NCBI GenBank assembly: GCA_051546255.1
Contig: CP128821.1
Location: forward strand, 620,001 to 684,000
Length of the DNA: 64,000 nucleotides
Direction: 5' to 3'
From: Meyerozyma guilliermondii
Lineage: Eukaryota
A program made the translations under genes and the position numbers. Under the pieces are notes generated by a model. It was not told where the DNA came from. It saw only the letters and a list, made by a program, of their open reading frames with translations, and did not search any database. Of the stretch, positions 1-9,694 are shown piece by piece; the first letter of the stretch is position 1; each line of letters begins with the position of its first letter.

Positions 1-2
1 TC

Positions 3-1316
3 CTCGAGTTTCATCCTGCGTACTTTGTGTCGATTATGGGGTGCGGGATTCTGAGCGTCATCTTGCATAATTTCCCGTATCCCGCATATTGGCTCGAAGT
101 ATGTGGATGCATAATGTGGGGGTTTGCCGTATTTTTTTTCATTTTGACATTCCCGAGCTTTATCATATCAATGGTGACGGTGCCGGGAAACTTTCTCAAA
201 TTCCATCGTGACGCCAATACGTCTGTATATTTGGGGGGCTTATCAATGGGGTATACCACTACTTTTGTCAATTTTTTATTTGGCATCACCTCCAAAAGTT
301 TCATAATAGGCATCTATGTGCTCTGGTGGATCTCGCTAGTACTGTCGCTTTACTGTGCCATTGTGATTTTTTACTTTGGTATTATTGCCAAGTACAGAAA
401 AAAGTACAACTTGTTGACTTCGGAAACTGTGAGTGCAACTCTCCTTTTTCCAGTGGTTACGCTCACGGTCACCGCCTCGGCTGGTGCCTTGATCTGTCCC
501 GATCTTCCATCCATAAATCTTCAGGTTTTAACCCTAGTTATCTGCTACTTACTATGGGCCTGGGCCGTGGCTTTGGCTTTCATCATTATCAGCATCTACT
601 ATGGGAGGCTATTCATTCACAAAATTCCGGCTACTGGGTTGGTATTTTCCAGTTTCCTTCCTGTGGGTGTGATGGGACAGGGAGCTTTTGGCATTCTCCT
701 AATTGGCAGAGATATCTACACCTTGGTTATGGAGAACCACGAGCTGGTTTTGCTGTCGCCATACATGTCTTATGTCAATTCTACAGCCATTGACGTTGGC
801 CAGTCGGTGGATTCCGTCACTGCTAGCTTCATAGTGGGCACCTGTTTCATCTACTTTACCGCCTTGATGTCGTTGTTTCTCAATGCTTTCGGCATGTTTT
901 CCACTATAATCGCGGTGATGTCGTGCTTGTCCAAGATATACCCGTTCACCAAGAACCACAATCCTCAATGGACCTATATGACCGAAAACCACACCTCATT
1001 TTTCCGTCGCCGAATCCGCGGACTTATCCGGTTTTCCAGGACATTCTGGGCTATGACATTTCCGATCGGAACCATGTCTTTGGCCAATTCGGAGATTGCG
1101 ACCTTGCACAAGGGTTTGCATGCGTTGCGTGTGGTTGGCGCCATGTACGGAGCGGCCCTCATTGTCATTGATGTGGGGTGCATTTTGGGCACATTTTACT
1201 GTGCGATTCAGGACGTCCGAGCCGAGGTAAAAGTTGAGAAACAGGAAGATTCCGAGTTAGATTTGGAACTCAGCGGCACGTCGTGGAGTAATGAGGTCAC
1301 GAATAATCACGAATAA
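3..1316 (+). CDS. SSU1: Sulfite efflux pump (TDT/SLAC1 family), 5'-truncated by the window edge
   Basis: The frame is open from position 3 (LEFHPAYFVSIMGCGISSVILHNFPYPAYWL with CTG=Ser), matching the Ssu1 N-terminus as recalled. About 10 hydrophobic segments; motifs SSFLPVGVMGQG and FWAMTFPIGT. Confidence 0.9.
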   Translation, partial: LEFHPAYFVSIMGCGILSVILHNFPYPAYWLEVCGCIMWGFAVFFFILTFPSFIISMVTVPGNFLKFHRDANTSVYLGGLSMGYTTTFVNFLFGITSKSFIIGIYVLWWISLVLSLYCAIVIFYFGIIAKYRKKYNLLTSETVSATLLFPVVTLTVTASAGALICPDLPSINLQVLTLVICYLLWAWAVALAFIIISIYYGRLFIHKIPATGLVFSSFLPVGVMGQGAFGILLIGRDIYTLVMENHELVLLSPYMSYVNSTAIDVGQSVDSVTASFIVGTCFIYFTALMSLFLNAFGMFSTIIAVMSCLSKIYPFTKNHNPQWTYMTENHTSFFRRRIRGLIRFSRTFWAMTFPIGTMSLANSEIATLHKGLHALRVVGAMYGAALIVIDVGCILGTFYCAIQDVRAEVKVEKQEDSELDLELSGTSWSNEVTNNHE

Positions 1317-1427
1317 ATTGCATACTAGACTATCGTATTTCACTTTTTGCAACTTCTTTCAATTCTCATTTTGCAACTTCGTTGCAATTTCGCACCCACA
1401 CACCCGATCTTTTCACTTCTTCCTACC

Positions 1428-3245
1428 ATGAGCATATCGATCTTGCTCCCGGCACAGCCGAGCGACTTGCTACGGCTCAAAGACGTCGACAAGTTTCTTC
1501 TCCGAGCGAAAAATGTTAAACAACGTAGTATCGTCTTTTTTGACGAATCTGTGTCGGTTTTCGTTATTTTAAAGCATGATAACTCACCCAAAACTGTGTT
1601 TATGGATGTGTCTGTGATGCCTGGACAGCCCCCTACAGACCATAAACCAGAGGTGGATTTGCCCATACTATCTAAGGAGGCTGCTGTTATCGCTAGCTTT
1701 TCTTTGGCAAATACTAGTGTCATTCTTGAAGGAAAGAGTGAGATTGAAGATGCATTTTACTCGATTTGGACCTACCAAGTTCCAATTGTGTATCCTAAAA
1801 AGAAGGTTGACAACCCACAAATCCTCATATCGTGCTCCTGTCGTGATTTTATAATGCCATCGGTGGAAACCGCACAGAAACCCAAAGAGGTGGAAATTCT
1901 TCCTGATTTGGAGCCTAAAAATAGCACAAATTTATTGGCAGAACTCAACAACCCAGTTCTGAAAAACAAACTGACGGAAACCTACAACCTTCCTTCGTCT
2001 CTCATAGAACCCTCAGAGTCTCGTCGGTCTCCTTTACCAGTTCCTGAAAAGTCGTTCCACAGCGACACACTTTTCCAAACCTCCATATCGGTGCCGGTTT
2101 CGGTTTCTCTTGTGATTCGACTAAAGTCCACCAAACCAGCAGGCCGCAACAATGTGTTGCTTGCAACCTTGAATGTGGAGAGCTCAGAAGAATTGGGCGT
2201 GCTTTTGTCCAGCGAAGATACCCAGTCATACTACTTTTCCATTTTGAGCTTGGATGTTTCTTTCAAGTACGGCTCCATGGTCGAGCTCACGGCCTCCGAC
2301 TACAAGATGCCCATGCGGATACGTCTTGCGGATGCTTTGAACTTGACATACAAGTTAGTCAATGCCGACTTTGAGCGAGAACCACTGGACCCTCAAGTCA
2401 ATGCCAGTTCCAAAGCACTCAATATCAAACTAGTACTTCAGGTCCAGCGCTACGACTGCTCTGCCAATTCCTTCGTCAACGTGAGCAACGAAATTACCAC
2501 TTTTTGGGCTCCAATACTCGACTTCACCATCATGGCTCCTCCCATAAATAGCTCGTTGCGAACCTCGGTGGGCTACTCACAAGTGCAGTCGGTGGGTGGA
2601 AGAGGTCTCCAGCGCAAATCGGCTCTTCACAGTGTCTACAGCATCAAAAGCAACAGCAATTCGTCGCAACTAGTCAATGGAACAAACATCAATCCACCAG
2701 CCGTCCAGCCAGGACTCAAGCAATCACCGCTTTGTTCGTCAAATGTTACGGTTAATTTGGCCAATAATCCAGCTTCGGCGCTTTCCGGTCTTAAACTCAC
2801 TTTTATTGGAAGCTTTACTTTGAAACTCGGAGAAGTGAGTTCGTGGAAAATCCAAGCAATTAATAACTCCAGCAGTGCTCTCAACTTATCTATTGTGGTT
2901 CAGGATCCGCTCCACTGGGCCGCCAATGCTGCTCAAAGAGGACCTGTTTCGAATACTTCTTCGTCAAATGTTCTAGGACAAAAGTCTGGAAATGATGTCT
3001 TGGTGGTGAATAAAATTCATCTTCTCAACGAAATCGCAACTATGAAACCTCGTTCTGGCGGGGTGGTTTTTCTTGAAAATGACATTAGATTGGGACCCTT
3101 GGAAACCAATAATGTGATGGAAACGTCTATTCAACTCATGGGCATAGCCCGTGGAATCCACAATTTGGAAGGCATAAAAGTGTTTGATACAAACACCGGC
3201 GACGGCTTGGACTTTGGAAAGCTTGTACAAGTGTTTGTGACATAA
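1428..3245 (+). CDS. TRS65: TRAPPII complex subunit Trs65-like
   Basis: First ATG at 1428. C-terminal ENDIRLGPL...GIHNLEGIKVFDTNTGDGLDFGKLVQVFV resembles the Trs65 C-terminal domain. Confidence 0.7.
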   Translation: MSISILLPAQPSDLLRLKDVDKFLLRAKNVKQRSIVFFDESVSVFVILKHDNSPKTVFMDVSVMPGQPPTDHKPEVDLPILSKEAAVIASFSLANTSVILEGKSEIEDAFYSIWTYQVPIVYPKKKVDNPQILISCSCRDFIMPSVETAQKPKEVEILPDLEPKNSTNLLAELNNPVLKNKLTETYNLPSSLIEPSESRRSPLPVPEKSFHSDTLFQTSISVPVSVSLVIRLKSTKPAGRNNVLLATLNVESSEELGVLLSSEDTQSYYFSILSLDVSFKYGSMVELTASDYKMPMRIRLADALNLTYKLVNADFEREPLDPQVNASSKALNIKLVLQVQRYDCSANSFVNVSNEITTFWAPILDFTIMAPPINSSLRTSVGYSQVQSVGGRGLQRKSALHSVYSIKSNSNSSQLVNGTNINPPAVQPGLKQSPLCSSNVTVNLANNPASALSGLKLTFIGSFTLKLGEVSSWKIQAINNSSSALNLSIVVQDPLHWAANAAQRGPVSNTSSSNVLGQKSGNDVLVVNKIHLLNEIATMKPRSGGVVFLENDIRLGPLETNNVMETSIQLMGIARGIHNLEGIKVFDTNTGDGLDFGKLVQVFVT

Positions 3246-3396
3246 CGAAAAGAGATTATAAAAAATCATTAAAGCACTAACCATTGAGAACCAGGATTAT
3301 CTTTGGGTACTAGAACCACCACTACAGCCATTTCATCTCATCAATTACAAGCTATACACTATTCACTACAGCTATACACATTCCCTTCAACTCAGT

Positions 3397-5016
3397 TCAG
3401 CCATAGACATAGTTGTTGGGTCGCTCCATCCTATTGAAGAACTCATACTGTTCAGCTTTCAGAATAGACTTCCCTCTCTTTCTGTGGAAGTCTCGAAAGT
3501 GCCTCAAGAAGTTGTTCAATGGTCGGTCCTTGGCTGTTGTCTGTGAACAGTGAGTACCAATAACTTGGTTACAGCATGGACATACGACTCCCAACCTGTT
3601 GTTTTCGTGAGCCGTGGTTATACGATCTGAGCCAGACTTGACAAGCCTGTATTCTCCGAAATCGTAAGGGTTCGGCGTAAGAAAGTTGTCGGTATAGATC
3701 CCGTGGGTCAAGGCTAGATGCTGAGCATACGACGAAGTCTTGAGATTGAGAAAAGTGATTTTTTCACAGTACGGACAGAGCCCGCATCGGGTGGGATTGT
3801 ATGGAAGACCATTCGATTCATCCATTTCATAGCGCACAAACTGAGGCTCGTACGGACGACTAATGTGAAAATTGGGGTTCTTCTCGTACTTGATATTGTG
3901 GTACGGTTGCAAAGACGTGAGCGACAACCGAAGATAACAATTTCGGTTGATTTTACAAATCGACTGGAGCTCCTCATTGTATATCTTGACGGTTTTGTTT
4001 CTGTTCTCGTCCATCTGTTGAGCAGTGATATCATTTCGAGCAGTATTGATCAACTCTGGACACGGAACCACAACCGTGGGAATCAACTCCGACTGGTACT
4101 CAATCTCAAACTCTGGCGGAGCAGTGTTCTTGCTTCCCTTGGCTCGTTTCTTGATACACGCTGGAGCAGGAAAAGCTTTGAATTCGAGGGCACAGTCGGC
4201 GTAATCATACATTCCTGCGAACGGAAGGTTGATGGACTCGATTGCGAGTTCTGTTCCAGTGGGCAATACACTATAATTCTGAACATTGTTCTCGTGTGAG
4301 CAACATTGAAAATCATTCGTTTTTTGTTCTTCAATTTGAAAAGCATTTGTCTTTTCTTCAATTTGGTTTCCGTCCGACAAATTTTTCGTATCAATGCCTT
4401 CCCCATACACATACAGCGGCTCATTAAGAAGCTGGTTTATTGAAATTTCGGCTGCTCTCTGGGTTAATAGCGGAGAAATTGCTTCAGCTTCTTCTGAGAA
4501 AAAAGTGGAAACGGCTTCTGTTTCTGAAAAAAAGGTGGAAACCGCTTCTGTCTCTAAGAAAAACTGCACGTTTCCATTTTGAACGAACTCCTGGTTTTCT
4601 CCATTTTGAACGAATTCCTGAACGTTTTCATTTTGAACAAGTTTATGGACGTTTCCATTTTCAACGAATTGATCGTTGTCTACAAATTCTCTGAGATTCC
4701 GATCCTCCTTTCTTGGCTCTTCCTGCTCCGGCTCTCGTTTCGGATAATTTTCACTCAAAATAACCTCGTCGAAAATCTCGTCGTCAACATCTAGCTGTAA
4801 ACTGAGCCAGGTATCAACTACAGAAGTGTCAATTCCCCAAGAACGAGTTTCGTCTGTGTCCATATTTTCATGTTCAACAATAGGATCCGCAGACCCCAAA
4901 AGCACAATTCCCGTATCAACGCTCATACGAGCACTGTCTAGCAACATAGCAGACTCAGCGAGCATCAGAGAAGGTCCTAAGTTAGCAATCAAATTGTCTC
5001 TCTGCAAGTATACCAT
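3397..5016 (-). CDS. Putative zinc-finger transcription regulator with Rua1_C/DUF4451 (Meu26-like) C-terminal domain
   Basis: RPYEPQFVRY...RCGLCPYC...NLKTSSYAQHLALTHGI and a second CPCC...HFRDFH finger; acidic N-terminus with short tandem repeats. Confidence 0.6.
   Translation of the reverse strand: MVYLQRDNLIANLGPSLMLAESAMLLDSARMSVDTGIVLLGSADPIVEHENMDTDETRSWGIDTSVVDTWLSLQLDVDDEIFDEVILSENYPKREPEQEEPRKEDRNLREFVDNDQFVENGNVHKLVQNENVQEFVQNGENQEFVQNGNVQFFLETEAVSTFFSETEAVSTFFSEEAEAISPLLTQRAAEISINQLLNEPLYVYGEGIDTKNLSDGNQIEEKTNAFQIEEQKTNDFQCCSHENNVQNYSVLPTGTELAIESINLPFAGMYDYADCALEFKAFPAPACIKKRAKGSKNTAPPEFEIEYQSELIPTVVVPCPELINTARNDITAQQMDENRNKTVKIYNEELQSICKINRNCYLRLSLTSLQPYHNIKYEKNPNFHISRPYEPQFVRYEMDESNGLPYNPTRCGLCPYCEKITFLNLKTSSYAQHLALTHGIYTDNFLTPNPYDFGEYRLVKSGSDRITTAHENNRLGVVCPCCNQVIGTHCSQTTAKDRPLNNFLRHFRDFHRKRGKSILKAEQYEFFNRMERPNNYVYG
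4487..4672. repeat. Intragenic coding minisatellites (about 30-bp and 27-30-bp units)
   Basis: Encode (L/S)ETEAVSTFF x2 plus a degenerate third copy, and FV(Q/E)N(G/E)N(V/Q)-type units x4, on the minus strand. Confidence 0.8.
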
Positions 5017-5562
5017 GAAATGATTTGGCAGAGTTTCTCTTTATATTTTGCGGAGGAGCCTTCATTACAGCATATTGTTCTTCTACACATACCTGCTAGC
5101 ATACCACAGCCATTGGTAGCCATTTTAGCAAGAAGTGTTCGGCGGAGACTTGGTATGGTTGGCTGCAAAAAAGTACAAAAAGTTCTGCGCTGGGGAACCA
5201 TGCTGGTTACGTAAGCAGGTCTTTTCCCCAGATCAACTCACGCAGCACTTTCCTTTAAACAAATGGAACTTTATTTCCTATTTTTGTATCTATTTTTTCT
5301 CACGGCGCCACTACTCTTTGCTGTGCTCGTGCCCCATGTCGAATATATACGCAATTTTTCGTGGTGGATCGTAGTCATGCATATAACCTGGAATACGATA
5401 GGTCTTCAGATTGTAGAGAAGAACCACGGAATTGGGCCGATAATTGTAGGCCATGTAATTCCCACGGTTGTGACGTGTTATCGGATGTGTGGGTCGCCGC
5501 GAATTGAGATTTGTGTCAAAATCTGGATGAAGTAGCTTTAAATATCAAATGTATATTCATAC

Positions 5563-7518
5563 TCAGGCGTCTCCGGACTGGCCCTCAAAGGGAGTCAATT
5601 TCTTGGTGGCTTCGGCCCACGACTCGTCGTTATAGGTAACAGCCTTGATCGCCGCAACAACGTCTTCCAATGAACCTCTGACCTGTTTTGTGGAATCGCG
5701 CTCTCTCAAGGTGATGGAAGCATCTTTGACGGAATCGAAATCGATGGTGATTCCAAATGGTGTACCCAATTCGTCATTACGAGCATAACGCTTTCCGATA
5801 GAGGCAGAGGAGTCGTCCACCTTGAAGGGAATTTGCTCTTTACGCAAGTATGCTGACACTTTCTTGACGATGGGGCTGAGATCAGCATGCGAGGAAAGAG
5901 GCACCAACAACACTTTAGTAGGAGCCACGGCGGGTGGAAGCGACAACACACATCTGTCTTTGTCTTCTGGGCGGCTCCAGAACACATGTTCGAAAATGGA
6001 GTAAATGATACGGCCGATACCGAACGAGGGCTCGATGACGTTTGGAGTGAATTCACGAATGTGTTCTGTTCTGGTGACTTTTTCGATGGTAGCGAGTTCA
6101 GAAGTGATCACTGCTGGCTCCGACAACCCCTCCACGTTCAAAGAGACCTTGCCTTCTTTTTTCAATTCCGCAGCCAAATCTTCCAACTCGCACTGAGTGC
6201 GGTTCAAAAGTGCATTTTCCACCGCCTTGGCATCTTTGCGGAAACTGGGTCCAAACTTCTTTCTGTTAATGGAAACCTCAAACTTCTCGACTGTGACTGG
6301 ACTTGGGAGCGCTTTTCTGACCACCAACTTTTCGTTGGTACGAGCAGAATGCACACTCAAATCGTAGGCAGATCTGTCGGCACAACCCACACACTCGATC
6401 CAACCGAAAGACGTCTCCAACTCGGCGTCCCAGCAGTCGGCGGCATAGTGGGCCATCTCGTTCAGCAAGTGTTGTCTGAACCGCAATCTGTCGGGATTCA
6501 CACCAATTTTCACGAGGAAAAGGTAAATTCTAGCGACGAAATATCCCAAGGTTTGGTTGTCTACCATGCCAGATTCAACCGCTTCGCCAATGGTGCACTC
6601 CCGCAACTTGTTGGAGCCACTCTCCTGGACGTCTTTGGGAAGAAACCGCAACTTGACATGTTTCACCTCGTCGAATCTGGGGTGCGATTTGTCTTCGGGA
6701 TCAACGTAGTGTTCGATTTCAGCCATCAAGAACTCACGAACTCTCAACAAACCTGCTCGGGGAGAAATCTCGTTTCTGAACGACTTGCCGATGGAGGCCG
6801 ACGCAAACGGCATCTTTTCGTTGTTAAAGTCCAACAACTTGGAAAAATTGAGAAACTGACCTTGAGCCGTCTCGGGACGCATGTAGCCCTTGAGCTGGCC
6901 GGAAGGACCAATGGCAGTTTCAAACATCAAGTTGAACTCCATTGGCTGCTCCAACGGACCACCAGTGGCTGGGTTGGTGATGTTGTACTTGGTCATCAAC
7001 TCCCCGAGCTGGGGACCAGAAAACCCGTCGATTTGAGCCAAAATGTTCTCGTATTCCTTCACCTCCTGGTCGTCCAACTTGACGTTTTTGATCTCCTTGA
7101 CCTTCTTTTTGCGCTTTTTGTCAGCTTCGTCGTCGCCTGCCTTCTCAACCACACCCCGGGCAGCACGGTCACCCTTCAATCTCGCCTCCAAAACTTCTTC
7201 GACCAAGTGGTCGGCTCTGAAAATTTCACCTGTTTTCAAGTCACGACACATCCAGTCAGCAAACTTGTCTACGTGGCCCGAGGTCTTGAGCACCTCGTGG
7301 GGCGTCAACATGGTGGTATCCACCTCCAACATGTCTTCTTCTAAGATAAAATGCTTTCTCCAAGTGTCGATAATGTTGGCTTGCAAAGCGCAGCCAGGAG
7401 GACCATAATCATAAAGACCGGAAACACCACCGTAAATCTCAAAAGCTGGAGCGAAGAAGAATCTACGCTTCAAGACCTGGTCCAAGGCCTCGCGGGAAAA
7501 AGTGGAAGTCGATGCCAT
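5563..7518 (-). CDS. GRS1: Glycyl-tRNA synthetase (cytosolic ATG at 7518; possible non-AUG extension to 7551/7557)
   Basis: LKRRFFFAPAFEIYGGVSGLYDYGPPG, MRPETAQGQF, GKSFRNEISPR and VIEPSFGIGR class II GlyRS motifs. Confidence 0.98.
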   Translation of the reverse strand: MASTSTFSREALDQVLKRRFFFAPAFEIYGGVSGLYDYGPPGCALQANIIDTWRKHFILEEDMLEVDTTMLTPHEVLKTSGHVDKFADWMCRDLKTGEIFRADHLVEEVLEARLKGDRAARGVVEKAGDDEADKKRKKKVKEIKNVKLDDQEVKEYENILAQIDGFSGPQLGELMTKYNITNPATGGPLEQPMEFNLMFETAIGPSGQLKGYMRPETAQGQFLNFSKLLDFNNEKMPFASASIGKSFRNEISPRAGLLRVREFLMAEIEHYVDPEDKSHPRFDEVKHVKLRFLPKDVQESGSNKLRECTIGEAVESGMVDNQTLGYFVARIYLFLVKIGVNPDRLRFRQHLLNEMAHYAADCWDAELETSFGWIECVGCADRSAYDLSVHSARTNEKLVVRKALPSPVTVEKFEVSINRKKFGPSFRKDAKAVENALLNRTQCELEDLAAELKKEGKVSLNVEGLSEPAVITSELATIEKVTRTEHIREFTPNVIEPSFGIGRIIYSIFEHVFWSRPEDKDRCVLSLPPAVAPTKVLLVPLSSHADLSPIVKKVSAYLRKEQIPFKVDDSSASIGKRYARNDELGTPFGITIDFDSVKDASITLRERDSTKQVRGSLEDVVAAIKAVTYNDESWAEATKKLTPFEGQSGDA

Positions 7519-7724
7519 CCTTTTAAAGGCAGTACGGAGTATTGTAGACACTTTCAGTTTAAATTTTCAACGCTCGAAATGACTGAATGTTATATGCAGA
7601 ATGTGCGAAAACCAATGCGAAACCAATGCGAAAAACGAATATTGAATTGAGAATTACCAGTGTATTAATATCGTTGTCTTGATTTCATTATGCTACGTTC
7701 TTTTTTTATTCATCCTCTCCTCTC

Positions 7725-9371
7725 TCATGCTACTTTCTCCTTCTTTTCCTTTTTCTCATACTCCAATTCTCCCCATTTGGGATGCAGCATCCGCCACCAA
7801 TATGTGATCTGCGACCACGGGTAAGTGGTGGAATTGACTCCTCCCTGAGTATACCACGATACACAGCCACCAAGAGGTGTTCCAAACACAGAGTGCTTGA
7901 GTTCCTCTTGCGCGGTTTCAAACCATTTGTAATATTTTTCAGTTTTGACACAAACCAGTACCGCCAGACCGTTCAAGACTGGAGTTGCAATTTTGGCAAA
8001 ATAGTTACAGGCATTTTCAATGGCTAGGATCATGGACGAGTGACCTGTGGTGGCATTGGGTCCTCCTATCAAAAAAAGATTCGGACAGTCTCTCACCAAA
8101 ACCGTTTCGTAGGCGGTGATTCCTTCCTTGTTCCAGAGAGCCTGAATATCGATATTGTTTCTTCCCACGATGTCAAAGCTGTGGTAGCTCTTCACCACGT
8201 CGTAGCCCGTACAGGCTACAATGATATCTGCTGGAATACGCTTGCCGTTTTTGAGAATTACTGAGTTGGCTTCGACTCGCTCGATGGTGGAGTCGGTGAG
8301 CTCCATTCTTTTGTCGTGCAAAGCAGGCATGTAGCCGTGGTCGAATATCAACCGCTTACAGCCAATATGGAAGTCTGGAATCACCAAGTCTTGGTACTGT
8401 TTCGGACAAGTTTTTTTGACATATCGAGTGGATGCGGTGTGGTTGATCCAGGTGATTATACTCGTCAAAAAAAAGTAGTTTTTGAACAAGGGAAACCGCA
8501 ACTCAGCCACCATTGCCGCAACGTACCGTACAAGAAGAATCCCTAGTCTGGTGGCTGCAAGTGTCTGGTAAGCTTGGTGCAAAATCCCAGGAATTGGAGG
8601 CATGATATAATGTTTCAGGCGAGCAATTTGGGTCAAGCTTTGCACTCCGTAATCTCTCAAAAGCACAGGAACACACTGGTTGGCCGAACACCCGTTTCCA
8701 ACCACAACCACGTTTTTTCCTTGGAAATCGACATTGTGGTTCCAAACCGCAGAATGCATGTACTCACCTTGAAATTTGTCTTCCAAACCTGGTACACTCA
8801 ATTGTTTCGGCTGCACCAAAAAACCCTGTCCACTGAGCACTATCTGAGCTGTATGGATTCGTTTCTTTCCAGTTTTCACATCACAAGCCTCAATTGTCCA
8901 ATTGCTTGCTTTGTCGTTAAACTTCAACGAAGTCACCGCGGTGCCCAAAAAAGCCTTTTTTCTGATGCCGTGCTTCTCCACAACTTTCAAAATGTACTCT
9001 TCCAACTCGTACTGAGGCGGCTGGACCTCGCTCCAGGTCGAATTGACCTCATCGTGGAAACTGTACCAAACAGCAGGAATGTCACATGCACAACCAGGAT
9101 AGGTATTTGCGTACCAGGTGCCTCCAAACTCGTCATGTTTCTCAAATATGGCAAAGTCGTCCTCGCCTTTCTTCAAGCACGTCATAGCTGCCGTTATTCC
9201 TGAAACTCCGGCTCCAATCATGGCGATCTTGGATTGCAGATATTGCGGCTTCTCTGCGTCGTTTGCTGCAATACTTGCATGCGGTCCCAACACTGCTGCA
9301 GCATCCTCGTACTTGATACGGAAGTCCTGTGGCCTCTTATGGGACTCTCTGGGGTTTCTGATCACAGACAT
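7725..9371 (-). CDS. Flavin-containing monooxygenase, Baeyer-Villiger type (paralog 1)
   Basis: GAGVSG Rossmann motif, GGTWYANTYPGCACD, fingerprint FQGEYMHSAVWNH, second Rossmann GNGCSA, GCKR, ACTGY. Confidence 0.9.
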   Translation of the reverse strand: MSVIRNPRESHKRPQDFRIKYEDAAAVLGPHASIAANDAEKPQYLQSKIAMIGAGVSGITAAMTCLKKGEDDFAIFEKHDEFGGTWYANTYPGCACDIPAVWYSFHDEVNSTWSEVQPPQYELEEYILKVVEKHGIRKKAFLGTAVTSLKFNDKASNWTIEACDVKTGKKRIHTAQIVLSGQGFLVQPKQLSVPGLEDKFQGEYMHSAVWNHNVDFQGKNVVVVGNGCSANQCVPVLLRDYGVQSLTQIARLKHYIMPPIPGILHQAYQTLAATRLGILLVRYVAAMVAELRFPLFKNYFFLTSIITWINHTASTRYVKKTCPKQYQDLVIPDFHIGCKRLIFDHGYMPALHDKRMELTDSTIERVEANSVILKNGKRIPADIIVACTGYDVVKSYHSFDIVGRNNIDIQALWNKEGITAYETVLVRDCPNLFLIGGPNATTGHSSMILAIENACNYFAKIATPVLNGLAVLVCVKTEKYYKWFETAQEELKHSVFGTPLGGCVSWYTQGGVNSTTYPWSQITYWWRMLHPKWGELEYEKKEKKEKVA

Positions 9372-9694
9372 TGGTGGGGGGAAGAGTTGACTAAGAGGAA
9401 ACTTTTATATCTCGGCACTTTACAACATTTTTCACATGCGGGGAGCCGCACGGTGACATTGAAGGGTATTGTTGAACGTATAAGCATGTGTCTAAGACTA
9501 ACCTAAGACTAAGACTAACTAAAGACTAGAGGGTTGTGGTGCCATATCATTTGACTGAACTGGTCAAATGTTTTTTCCCATTAGTCCATTTTTCTTAGCT
9601 TTCAGCTTGCTTTTTGCACCCAATATCGACTCCAAAAATTACCCCACAGTATGTCTCAGACTCTTGACACAACACTCAATTTCATTGCAATGGC

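Noticed and set aside
5887..7344. 485-aa ORF antisense to GRS1
   Set aside because: Entirely a shadow of a conserved, codon-biased gene; no recognisable motifs.
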